Shown here: in pieces, positions 1 through 15,234 of the stretch
How the letters are laid out: every line of letters begins with the position of its first letter
How positions within the stretch are numbered: position 1 is the first letter of the stretch
Source: Utricularia gibba
Lineage: Eukaryota > Plantae > Magnoliophyta
Assembly: GCA_002189035.1 (NCBI GenBank)
Contig: CM007990.1
Span: 4,216,001 to 4,280,000, forward strand
Direction of reading: 5' to 3'
Length of the DNA stretch: 64,000 nucleotides
Program-made: the position numbers and the translations under genes
The notes under the pieces: generated by a model
Databases searched by the model: none
Seen by the model: the letters and a program-made list of their open reading frames with translations, nothing else
What the model was told of the DNA's origin: nothing

Positions 1-1612
1 TTAGAAAATGAAAACCTTCAAATGGTTGGGTTTCATTAATTTGATATTATATTTCATTTTACAAGTAATAACGAAATGCGTGATTGATTGTTTATATTAA
101 AATGTTAATTTTAATAATATTTTATCGTTATACTCTTATTAATTGATAAATGTATAAATTTTGGTTGAGTGAAAAGTCAAAACATACAATTATCATCTCA
201 ATTTCACAAAACCCACCTTCTTGATAGATAATTAAAAATATCCAAAACCCAAACTTAATAAAAAAATCTACATTTTTGAAACGGGTCATGGGAAAAGAAT
301 AACACTTTATCAAGTGATCATTTCTTTTCCAACCCAATATATTTATAATGAATACCCACGTACAAAATGTATTCTTGCGGTTTTACATTCTTTTCTTTTA
401 AAGAAAAAAATCTTATAAGATTATGAGTATTCTTTTATTTAAACATTTATTTACTCATCTATAACCAATATGAGATATCATCATTAATTTCTTGACTTAA
501 TAAACTTTATCTTCTAAATATTTTCTAAAAATAGTATTATGTAGTTTTATTCCTAAGTTGTACAATTACAAATTTTTAGATAAGATCATGAATTCTCAAA
601 ATGAATGTTGTAAAATGAAAATAGGAAGTATAATAAAAATGATAAATAAAAATGAATTAATATTCTATAAATTTTTAAAAAGATTATAAAATGAAAAATA
701 TGATCGATTAAAAATGAAAAGTTATTTTATAATAATATATAAATGACAATTCACCTATATATTTGATGTTAGAATGAAAAAGATATTTAAAGAAATAAAT
801 TGCAATATATAAAAAAATGTATTATTGAAATGAGAATGGAAAGTAGAAATGATTCATTTTGTATTTATATGTCATTTTTTAGAATTTATAATCACTTTTT
901 GGAAAATAATAAACTGTTTTTGTATAATTACTAATTTTCTTTTTTAAAAATAAAAAAATAGTATTTTGAATGTGTAGACAATAATATTAGTAAAAGAAAT
1001 TGGGGTCTTGATGATGATGCGGCGAAAGCGACCGCGATATAATTTTGACTTTTTTATTATAAAATATTATTTGTTATTAAATTATTTGAAAAAGGAGAAA
1101 ATGACAAAATAACCACGAAAATGATGATGATTTAAGGAGCTCCTTTCTTGAAGCAAGAACTTGAAAAAGAGAAAAAGTGCCTTCTTCAATGGTGAGTCCA
1201 CTGAACTTCCTCCATTTTTTTTCTTTCCGTGCTTTGTTTCTGAGGTTTACTTCTTCTTCGTCGATTCATTGAAGTATCTTTCCTCTCCCGATCTCCATTC
1301 AAGAACTCATATCGTGCTTTTCTCGGCGGGTATCCGTTGATTCCGCCGGGATCACCGGAGTATCCGCAGTGGCATTTCTCTGACACTCATGTGGGCCTGG
1401 CGGTTTACTGTCACACTGCTTTTTCAGTTTTGAATGTAGCTTCGGTTAATATTTTAAGGCCCCTGTCGGCATTCGGAGAAAAAGGATTGTTCATATGGTT
1501 TTGACCGGGTGATCGGATTTAGTCGAGAGGTGATAGGGAATGTGGGGTTTGGGTTTTAGGGTTGGTTGGGATAGTGGCAACTTTCTTGATGATGTGGTGA
1601 AACAGAGGGAGG

Positions 1613-4600
1613 ATGAGCAAGTATGATGGCATCAGAGCTGGTGGGTCAGCGGAGAAGGACATCGAACAGGTGAAGGGTTTTATTTACATTCATGTGCCAA
1701 TTATGAGGTTTGGCATTTTCATATTTATTCTGTTTCCTCTGAGTGTCGTATATGTCACTGGAATCTGCAAATTGAATACTCTGTTGTCTATGACATTGCA
1801 TACCGCCGACATCCTTACTTTTCTTCAAGTGTAATGTGTCGCGTTCTGTTTTATGATGCCATGGTTCTGCGTCTCCCGATGAGATTGTTTTGGGTTGTTT
1901 TGTGATGCACCCACACTTTTAAGGCTTGTTTTTTTTCATTGACAATTAGAGTCAATTCAATTCGTCACTGTGAGTCTTAGAACATGTACAATTTTCCTGG
2001 TGCAAAGCACGGGTGATGCTAGATATTTGATTTGTAGCTGATTTTGGAACAGCAGGCACTAACTGCGCTTAAGAGAGGTGCACACTTGTTGAAGTATGGG
2101 AGAAGAGGAAAGCCCAAGTTTTGCCCATTTCGTTTGACAAATGTAAGGCAAAAGGCATATGTTTTCTTCTAAGGCAAAAGGCATATGTTTTCTTCTTGAA
2201 ACAAGCACAGACTACTTCATAATTTTTACTGAATTGTCTCTTTCCTCCACTGGAAAAATGCCTGGGATTGCTTTAGAAATCAACCCCGGAGTAACTCTCT
2301 TCATTTCAGGATGAATCTGCGCTGATATGGTTCTCGGGCAAAGAAGAGAAACACCTCAAACTCAGTCATGTATCCAGGATTATTTCTGGTCAACGGACTG
2401 TGAGTTCCCCTGCTTCAAAAATTGATTAGGAACAATACTTATATTTCCTTTTTGGAAGTTGGCTTTATACTGGAGTTTACAATGGGGCTATAATTTGATG
2501 CTTTCTGTGTTTCTGCTTCTGGTAAACTTTATGCTACTGCTTCATGCCAAACCCTCATGTAGTTTAACTTGTCTATATTTTCCAGTCCATATTTCAAAGG
2601 TATCCACGACCTGAAAAGGAATACCAATCCTTTTCCCTCATATACAATGATAGATCACTGGATTTGGTGAGTTTGCCATTTGTATCATCAATTTCCTTCT
2701 TAAGGCATCATTTCGTCCTTTTTTTACTCTTTATAATTGAAGCCTTTTGTTACCGCTGTTTCCAAATGTTAGATATGCAAGGACAAGGAAGAAGCAGAGG
2801 TGTGGTTCAGTGGGCTCAAGGCATTGATCTCACGCCATTATCAAGGTTACTCGAGATGGGGAAGTAGGAGTGATGGAATCTCATCGGGAGCCAGTAGTCC
2901 CCAAGCATACACTAGAGAGTGTTCTCCTCTAAGCTCCCCATTCCGAGTCAGTGAACACTTACAGAAGGTGAAGGGCTTTCTTTCAAGTTTATGTACTTCC
3001 AGAGCCACATGGTCTCTTTTCCATTGCATGGTCTTCTGCACCTCATTTGCAAAATTTTCTTCTTGAAAAATACTAAAGAATTTCTATTTAGGATGGTGCT
3101 GGGAAAGCCCGCATCTTGGCTCCATATGAAAGCCCGCCTAAAAGTGGCCCATTCTTTGATGATACGCTGTACTCAGTGGCTGGTGATGTTTCCATTCTTT
3201 CCGGATGTTCAGATGTTAAACATAGCCATATGAGAGGAGTGGGAGCGGATGCCTTCAGAGTAAGCCTGTCAAGTGCCTTGAGCTCATCAAGTCAGGGTTC
3301 TGGTTATGATGGCGGTGATTCACTGGGGGATGTTTACATTTGGGGAGAAGGAACGGGTGATGGCATTGTCGGTGGTGGAGCACACAGAGTGAGAAGTTAT
3401 TTAGATGCTGAAATGGACTCATTGCTGCCCAAGGCCTTGGAATCTGCTGTGTTATTAGATGTTCATAACATAGCTTGTGGTGGTAGACATGCTGCCCTGG
3501 TGACAAAACAGGGAGAGACATTTTCTTGGGAGAGGAACTCAAAGGTAGACTTGGTCATGGTGTGGATTCTGATGTCACACAGCCAAAACTAATAGATGCA
3601 CTCATCAGCGCTAACATTAAGCTTGTATCATGTGGTGAATATCATTCTTGTGCTGTATCAATAACAGGAGATTTATACACATGGGGTGATGATCATCATG
3701 GCCTTTTGGGACATGGAAGTGGAATGAGCCACTGGGTTCCCAAAAGGGTTGCTGAGCCACTTACAGGAATTCATGTGTCATCCATTTCTTGTGGCCCTTG
3801 GCACACTGCTGTTGTGACATCTGCAGGTCAGTTATTCACTTTTGGGGATGGAACATTCGGGGTTCTTGGTCACGGAGACAGGTCAAGCCTCTCAAAGCCC
3901 AGAGAAGTGGAATTCTTGAAGGGCCTGCGCACGGTAAGAGTAGCATGTGGTGCCTGGCACACTGCTGCAGTTGTCCAAGTTGTGAGTGAAACAGCAAGTT
4001 CAAGAGACTTTTCATCAGGAAAGCTCTTCACATGGGGTGATGGCGACAAGTATTGTCTTGGGCATGGTGACGAGGAATCAAGACTTGTTCCAACACCAGT
4101 TGCTGCCCTTGTTGAGCAGAACTTCTTCCAGGTTGCATGCGGCCACCGCATGACGGTGTCTCTCACAACGTCTGGACATGTATATGCTATGGGTGCTCCA
4201 GTTCATGGACAGCTGGGGAACCCACAAAGTGATGGGAAGCTCCCTTGTCGTGTGGAAGGAAAACTTGGGAAGAGTATTGTGGAAGAGATAGCCTGTGGTG
4301 CCAATCATACTGCTGTGCTGACTTCCAGGGGCGAGGTTTACACATGGGGAAAGGGAGCAAATGGAAGATTAGGCCATGGAGATGTGAAGGACAGAAATTT
4401 CCCTGTCTTGGTGGAGGCCTTGAAGGATAAGCAAGTAAAGGCCGTTGCTTGTGGTACTAATTTCACAGCAGCTATCTGTGTTCATAAATGGGTCAATGGG
4501 ATCGACCAGTCTATTTGCTCTGGCTGCCGTCTGCAGTTTAGCTTCAAAAGAAAACGTCACAACTGCTACAACTGCGGACTTGTGTTCTGTAGTTCCTGCA

Positions 4601-6065
4601 GCAGCAAGAAGTCGCTCCGGGCTTCAATGTCTCCAAACCCCAGCAAGCCATATAGAGTCTGTGATACCTGTTTCAATAAGTTGAGGAAAGCTGCTGCAGC
4701 TAATGCATCATCTCATTCCTCACCGAGTAGAAGGGGAAGTATGAATTTTGGGATGCACGAGTTGGCAAACAAAGATGAGAAATCAGAAGCTAGGTCTCAG
4801 AAGCAACAGCTTGCTAGATTTTCCTCAGTAGAGACTTTTAAGCAATTGGAGCCCCAGTTCAGAAAGAGGAACAAGAAACAGGATTTCAGTGGCAGTTGTC
4901 GTGTTTCGCCAATCCCAAGTGGAGGCTCCCAGTTTAATTCCAGTAGCATCTCCAAGCCTGTTAACTCTTACTTTGGATCATCCATGAAACATTTCTCAGC
5001 TTCAGTTCCTGGTTCAAGGGTTGTTTCTCGAGCCACATCTCCCATATCAAAACGAGTGAGCCCTCCTCGATCTACTACACCAGCTCCAGGTTTGGGAGGT
5101 CTCGCATCATCTAAGCTTGCCGTGTACCATGTGAAGATGGCAAACGATACCCTCAACCAGGAAGTTGAGAAGTTAAAGGCACAGGTATCTCATCATGTTT
5201 ACTGGTTATCTTTTTCTCTGCTTGGCGCTTTAGCTTCTACGTGCATTTAGATCAGTGAACTTCAAGTGAACAGGTCGACAATCTTACACGCAATGCGCAG
5301 CTTCAGGAGCTGGAACTCGAAAGAAAAACTAAACAGCTTAAGGAAGCAGTGGCAGCTGCCGGGGAAGAGACTGCCAAATGCAAAGCAGCAAAGGAAGTCA
5401 TCAAGACCCTTTCAGCACAAGTATGAGAGCTTCTCTCTCATAATAAGCAATTTTAGATTTTCTTGAGTTTAAGAATGGGGGGATTAGAGTTTCTCAGTTA
5501 CTGACAACACTATTATCAGTCACAGTTGTTGATGGTAAGGTTTTCCATGTCTCAGCTTAGGGAAATGGCCAAAGTGCTCCCTGTGGATTCACCTAGAAAC
5601 ATGGCGTCTCCTCTCCTGCCTTCTAATGGTAACGCTTCCCCTGAATCAAACAATACAAGCAACTGCAGTTTGGATCAAACCAGACATAGCCATCCAGAAG
5701 CAGTGACCAATGGCTATGAAACTAAGGAAAGTGATTCACCCTCTGAAGACAACGAATGGGTTGAACATGATGAGCCTGGTGTATACATCACTATAACGTC
5801 ACTACCTGGAGGCTTCAGAGATTTGAAACGGGTTCGTTTCAGGTTTGCTCCTCTAAAGACTGTTTCCTGCCGGTTTATTTGGCTATATGGTCCATGCTCA
5901 CATAAGGTTATCCGATGCAGCCGTAAACGATTTACAGAGACGGAAGCAGAAGAATGGTGGGTCGAGAACCGCACAAGGGTATACGAACAACACAATGTCA
6001 GTAGAAGGATGGTTGATAAGCCTACCTCCGCAGTTGGCAGCGAGGACATGGCCACTGCACCCTGA
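1613..6065 (+). CDS. PH-RCC1-FYVE-BRX domain protein (PRAF/RLD family)
   Basis: Exons 1613-1669, 2056-2142, 2310-2399, 2586-2666, 2773-2967, 3092-5184, 5274-5420, 5556-5842, 5921-6065, all GT-AG. PH domain ([17 protein letters not shown]...[28 protein letters not shown]), RCC1 repeats (GRLGHG, CGPWHTA), FYVE (CSGC...[14 protein letters not shown]...RVCDTC), BRX ([13 protein letters not shown]...LKRVRFSRKRF). Needs one extra G at 3528-3530 to read FSWGEE. Confidence 0.95.
2144..2195. repeat. Perfect 26-bp tandem duplication at the start of PRAF intron 2
   Basis: taaggcaaaaggcatatgttttcttc twice (2144-2169, 2170-2195). Confidence 0.9.
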
Positions 6066-6877
6066 TATTTTTCTTTTTTCTTCACGAGGGGCACAAAACC
6101 AGAAGCTGAGGTGCCCGAAACTCTCACTGAGAAGATGTACATATAACAAAGGGCTTCGTATGGCAGCAGCTCCTGTGCTTGTTTCCCAACATGCAATGTT
6201 TTTGGAGTTGCTGCGGAAGCTGTCACAGAGCAATAAACTCTGTTTAAAATCACAGTAAAAAATGCCGCATCAGTAGTTTCAAATTTCACATCACTTTTCT
6301 CATATGTGCATTAAGACCCACGAATTCCCATTATTATAAAAGATCGGGGCGGCTGCAAAGACCAAAGCTTGTGATTCCCCCGGGGAAGAACCTGCTTCTG
6401 GACAGAAAAACGGGACTGCAAACGAACAAAAGTACTGCACATAGGAGCTGTCATCACGACGACCGCTGTAGTTTTCACAGAGAGACACTCCACAGCAGTA
6501 CAGCAACAGAACGGTATGTTGCAATTCGATCACTCCTAAGAGTGATGACTGGCTGACTAATAGCAAATGCTTCACTGGAATATATCGAAAAACCAAAACT
6601 GTGGCCGAATACAAGACCCGGAAACACTCCTAAGAGGAGCCTCCTACAAATGTCCATTTTTCAGCACAAACCTGAATTCGTTGTAACCTCTTTTTTGGTG
6701 TTTGTTCACATGTTCTGGTGCAGTTCGACGATTGCTGTCATTTGTCGTTGCCAAGTTTTGGAGAGATGATGAAGGGCGCCCTTTTTTTGGCAATTTTTTA
6801 GTTATCAGTTGTTGCAGACTATACTCTGAATCCTGTGGCTCTGGCTGTACAAGGTCCTCAAGAAGGGAAGGATATAG

Positions 6878-9800
6878 CTACACCCTCTTGTAGAAAAGAA
6901 CGTATGCCTGGTCATGAAGCACTTTGCTTTCAGGAATAAGTGTCACTGAGGCATCATCATAATGCATCCAGTCACCATTTGGATGGCGTGCATCTGCTGT
7001 ATAGTGGCCCTTTGAAGGATCCCTTCCATGGTGCGTGATTGTAGCAACAAGCTGATATCGTCTCGCCTGTAATATTTTTCGCAGGCATACCATTAAAGAT
7101 AATCAGGCACATGTTTCTGCTCTATTGGTGGCAGCAAGGAGTAATAAAGCATGCTACGAACTATGTTGAGCAAGGTTTGACAGTTTCAGTGAGCAAAGAG
7201 TGAAAAACTGGGAGAGAGAGAGAATGCACCTCAGATGATCTGGAAGATAGTATATCATGGCCAAGAACAAGATCCAAGGGGAAATGCACAGCTTTGTGCA
7301 ACTTAGTACTCCCTTGGCGTCCATAGCTAAACCGCATCAAATGCAAAATCATTATCTCAGGAAGTTCTAGAATCTTAACTGACTTGCTGGCACTGACAGT
7401 CTCAGCCTAAAATTAGTTAGCAAAAGGCCAAAAATCAGAAGATTGTAAAAATTTCCAAGCACAAAAAAGCATGCATTTCAATGCATGTGAAACAAGAAGT
7501 GCAAAATAAAGGAAACTTCAATATCAAGAAACACCTTTCCGGAGGACAGGGTTTGATACCCTTCGAGTGTTTCTGGTGCAGAAAACCATTGGAGTGCATC
7601 CTCTATGGTACGTACAGGATCAGGGAAAATATTAAGGTGAAGCAAGAGGAATGGCTGTATGGTGGCTGATGCTTTGCTACCTGCATATTGGAAAAATTAA
7701 TCGGCATGATATGGCAATATGAATAATCTACAGAAAAAGAGTTTGATGGTGACCGCAGTTTCATTTGAAAAATCTCACTTATAATCACATATGACAAAAA
7801 GCCACCCATGGTTTACTGGAAAACATATAGTAGGAGAATAATTTTTAGACACCAAAATCCTAAAAAGAAGATAGATACACGTGATTATGGGATGAATACA
7901 TTAGGTTTTTTGACCAATTCATAATCTATCCCTATCAAATATAAAACTCGAAGACAGAGATCATGGGATGAATATATTGCGTGATAGGAATAGATTACAG
8001 GTAAAAAGGTAAATTCTGTTGATAAACCTCAGTAATATTTTGCCCTGATTCTACCACACAATGCTGGGGTAGCGAATATATGCCGTGCAAATGACTTGCA
8101 CGAACATTTTCGAAACAAAATGCAATATCATGTGCTCCAAGTAGTGACTCACCTCTTGCCTTCACAACACTTCTTAACTGTCCTCCAAATATGGCACTCA
8201 ATTTTGAAGGTATGAAGCTCTGTGTTCGTGTAATTGCAGTTTTTTTCCTTGGGCCAACTGTCTCCCACTCATCTTCTTGGCTTTCCTCATCAGTTGATGA
8301 AACAATTGACGCAATTTTCCCACTTCCATTTGAAATTTGACCATCAAGCTTGAGCAATTCATCATGCATCTGGTGCATGACAAAGCTCAGGAATTCCTGG
8401 GCATCTTCTTGTCTACAAGATATGCATACATGGAAAGTTATTCAGAATCTACAGATAACTTGTGCGGACTGTGGAGTGCCAAGTCTCAAGAATGAAGAAA
8501 ATGACAGGCCAGTGTTGATGGCAAAAGCTTTATCGGTAGATCTAATGATTAGGTTCTAAATAGACTGTTCCTAAAAGGAAAGTGAGCAAATTTCATTAAC
8601 TTCTATAATCAGGGATATAGGCAGCAATCACATACCTTGCCCTGCCTGATAAGTTATCGGAAATATCTGGTGTGAAAATCTTCAATATTGAGTCAAACAT
8701 TATAGGATGGAATGGACTTGCAGTTTCCATCACCGCCTTCCCATTACTTCCGCAAATTGAGTCAGATAGCACATCAAAGTAAGAGATGAATTCAACAAAT
8801 GCACGCAAGGTCGGGTAACCAATCTACAGTGCAAGGAAAATGCAACAAGCATGAGTTGACATGCAGGTTCATACCAGTATAACGCAACAGAAGTTGCTTC
8901 ATTAAACTACCTCTGGTATTTTAAGGCATCTTAGATCCTGCAGAAGATCAAAAAAGGGCAGCAAGACAATAGAGCCTGCAGGGTTGCATTTAAAAAACAA
9001 AGATTCCCCAAGTTGATCAAACCTCGAGGTGTGAAATTCCTGATGACAGCATTAAATACATTTGAGCCATCAACAATGGACTTGTTAGAAACCCCCTTGG
9101 AGATCCCATTCATCGAATAGGTAACATCGTCATTTCCAGATAGTGATAGTTCTCCGGAAGAAGAAGGACGAGGCTCCTTCACAGACGTCAATTTCAATGA
9201 ACTAGCAGCGCTACTAGATCCTATTGACGAGTTCTTTTCCGCGTGGCACTGCTCCAGTTCTTTAGTAATACTATCAGTTGAAGATGCACTTCCCAGGAAA
9301 CCATTTTCCTCCTCCAAAAATTTACTGGTAGGTAAGACAATAGTCTTACTTGCTGAATTCAGCTGCTCATACTTTTCTTTTGGATGGAGATTGGTCAATC
9401 CAGCATCAAAAATGCCAACAGATTTTAAAGTCACCAAATCTAGGGAACCAAACATTATCTCGAGATGGCCCTGTTGTTGGGGACATTGCATGGACCTTGC
9501 CTCTTCCTCTGTGAAGGACCCAAAAATGATCACCTGAAAAGAAGTAGAATTATAAGGGTGAATAGAGAAACAAAACTGAGCTCTTGACTTTTAGAGTCAC
9601 AACATAAGGGCTATCCTAACACGCATGGAAAGAGCATCAATAATGACAATAAAATCAAATCAGAGATCAGCATCCCAAGAAGATGAAATGAAATACAAAT
9701 AACAAGTAACTCTAGGTTTTCATCAAAATCGGCCGAGATCTAAAACCATTCAAAAGCCCCACACCTTCAACACTAAAACCCTAAATATTTTCTTTGATCC

Positions 9801-10095
9801 ATTCCCTCCCCAAAAGCAAAAACCAACTAGGCAAGACCAAAGCAGACCCGTGGAGCAACACCCGAACATTAATTTCTCAAAAAAAAAATTGAAATATCAG
9901 GCATCCGCAATTACAAGTAAACCCTAGCGAGGAAACTTTGGCTCCGGCAACTGGGAAGCTCCGAAAAAGCTTAAAAGGCGAAGACCACTAACTGAAGAGC
10001 AAGATTTCCAGCATTTATTCCGAAATGAAATTATTAAAAAGGAATGGCAATAAATTCGGAATCTGAAGCGGAAAAAAGACCTGGTGGCCTGTCAT
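6878..10095 (-). CDS. UBP24: Ubiquitin carboxyl-terminal hydrolase, UBP24/USP10-like
   Basis: Exons 10095-10081 (MTGHQ, less certain), 9533-8911, 8823-8636, 8412-8153, 7680-7535, 7406-7230, 7066-6878. Cys box GLINLGNLCFLNATLQAL, QEDAQEFL, His box HHGRDPSKGHYTA...YDD, C-terminal AYVLFYKRV. Needs one extra base in the A6 run at 8950-8955. Confidence 0.92.
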
Positions 10096-11258
10096 ATTGA
10101 GAGCGGAAGAAGCAGCATCACAGAGATCATCGAGAAGCAGAAGGGCACATCAATGGAGGGCGAAACGGCGCCGTCTGCCGAGATCAATGCCGGAGCAAGA
10201 CTCGTGAAAAATATGAGAAGAGGAGCAGAGTAGTTCTTTTACCCAACAGACAGCCCCCGCGTGGGGCCCTCCCAACAAAAGAAGGAGCCCACAAAAAAGA
10301 CGCACGAAACCAAACAATTGATATTATTATTATTATTATTTTCATTGAAATTTGTGATTGGATATAAAATTCATCAAATTAATATCCGAAATTCGAAAAC
10401 ATTTTCGGATTGCAGCAAAAAACTGGAGAGATGTAAAAAAATTCAGAAAAATTACGAAAATATAACAAGTAATGTGATTTATTTTGAACATAAAAGTCCA
10501 TAACATTAATAAATATTGATTAAATAAATCCAATAATTTCAATCGAAATTATTTTATTTAGTGATAGTATGAAATTGTGCCCAAACCTGGAAACCCTGGC
10601 TTTAAACTGATTCATTTCTTTCTTTCCTATAAATATATTTAAAAAATTATTAGCAATACATAGGTAACAATGGCCCGAGTTAATATTATAAAATAAAATT
10701 TGGGCACTAGATCGCATACATGCGCATTATTTTTAAAATTGGCACGATTGATTCTTAATAGTTAATAAAATAGTATAATTAATTCTTATTGGAATATTTA
10801 TTTCTCATACTTTCAAGTATTTAACATATTTATTCAACATATTTTGATGTATAGGGTATATTTAGTTCTCAAAATTTTTTTCACTCCAACCATTCTTGGT
10901 TAATTTTTTTTAAATATCAATTATAATTGATTGTAAATTTGTTTTAAAAATCAGATATATTTAATTCTCATTAATTCATAATTTGATAAAATTAATCCTC
11001 ATTTTTTTCGACCGACAGCCGCCTGCTGCCGGCGGGCGGAAGCCATTTGTGTAAATAGTGGAGACTGTTTTTGTTCAATTGTTGAAGAGTGAAGATCAAT
11101 TGTGAATGATTTTGAAACAGTGGAAATTAAAACATTGTTTATAAAACCAATTATAGTATTTAGACAAACAGTAGGGATTATTGGCGTAATTTTCACAATA
11201 AAATTTGATAGTAAATAAAAAAGGATAAAGATTAAGGCTACGTTTGGAAATAATTATA

Positions 11259-11638
11259 GGATCTGTTTGATTCGTGGAATAAGTTATCTCAAGATAAAAT
11301 TAAGTAAAATGGTAGATTAGGATTAAATGAGAATGTATTTTAATGTGTTTGGTTTGTGTTGTAATAATTGGAATAATATAATTATTTGTATGATTAAAAT
11401 GAAGAAAATATCTTTATTTTCTTGAATTGAATTTTCTACAAAAAAAAGCAAAAGGTATTTACCGTATTATGAATTGAATTAAAAAATCTCATCCAATAAA
11501 CCTGAATTATTTTATATTATTTTCATGGTATAAGAAATACATACAATAAAATATAATTAATACCTTATTCATAATTAAACACCATATAAAAATATATCAT
11601 TTAATTATATCTCTTTATCCTACGCACCAAACGCACCC
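11259..11638. mobile_element. Tourist-like (PIF/Harbinger) MITE upstream of PsbTn
   Basis: Imperfect TIRs ggatctgtttga / ccaaacgcaccc (8/12 complementary), ATA on both flanks, AT-rich interior. A second TIR-like end (taa|ggctacgtttgg) lies at 11236. Confidence 0.5.
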
Positions 11639-11771
11639 ATAGTATTTAGTATTTGACAGCATTTGCGTAATTGTCGAAGATGGAGGGGGCTGGGCTGAAG
11701 CTGCAGGGGAATGTCGACGATGTTACTTCTCCAATGATCAACGAGTGGGAAAAAGAGATAACCTGACGGGA

Positions 11772-11872
11772 GCCACAGGTTTAGATAGATAGAAGAGTCG
11801 GACGTGGCAGTGGATGATTGGAGGAACCTCATCTTCTCCTTCCACACCGAAATGGAACCTCCTCCATAAATA
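11772..11872 (+). promoter_or_regulatory. Light-type promoter motifs of PsbTn
   Basis: GCCAC at 11772, GATA repeats at about 11783-11792, ACGTGGC at 11802-11808, TATA-like ccataaataaa at about 11863-11873. Motif match only. Confidence 0.4.
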
Positions 11873-11929
11873 AACCACACCCCCCTTTGGATGCTCAACA
11901 CTGCGATCTTTTCTTCCTGATCTTCCTCA

Positions 11930-12245
<316 letters not shown>

Positions 12246-12779
12246 ACCTACCGGCCGCCCGCTACCTCTGTAGCATTTACACACGTCTATTTTATCCCCA
12301 ATAATGTTTATTTTCCCTAAGCCCGGCCCAATTAACAAAATAATTATTAAATAATAAATAAAAGCATCACTTAATACTAAATTTATTCAGGGAATTTCTA
12401 AAAATTATAAATAAACACACTGCATTAACATAATATTTGATTGATAGGAATGAGATAAAATAAGAATTAATTTTTTAAAATAATATTTAATAATAGAAAT
12501 GCAAAATATACTTAAATAATTTTAAATAAAATAAATGCGCACAAATCTCAAACTTATATAAATCTATCAATTAAACATATTATAATTTATAATTTATAAT
12601 TCTAATTTTAAACTCGTATAATCCTATAAACTGGTAAGAACTCCGACAACAGTTGCATTCATCTCTTTCATATCCACATTACATGAATAACAAATTCCAG
12701 GACCTCAGACTCTCACTAAGCACAGAAAGACAGGGAAGGGAAGATCTGTCCTCTCGTTGTTGCTGTTCCCTGCTTTGCT

Positions 12780-15234
<2,455 letters not shown>

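Noticed and set aside
1005-1022. miR172-like core tcttgatgatg
   Set aside because: Only about 11 nt match and no fold-back partner nearby.
5714-6289. 191-aa antisense ORF over the PRAF 3' end
   Set aside because: Shadow of the sense coding frame plus UTR; no recognisable domain.
10706-10724. Helitron-like 3' end (hairpin cgcat-ac-atgcg next to CTAG); similar motifs at 28710-28735 and 35316-35334
   Set aside because: Short or imperfect stems, atypical hairpin-to-CTRR spacing, and no definable 5' end.
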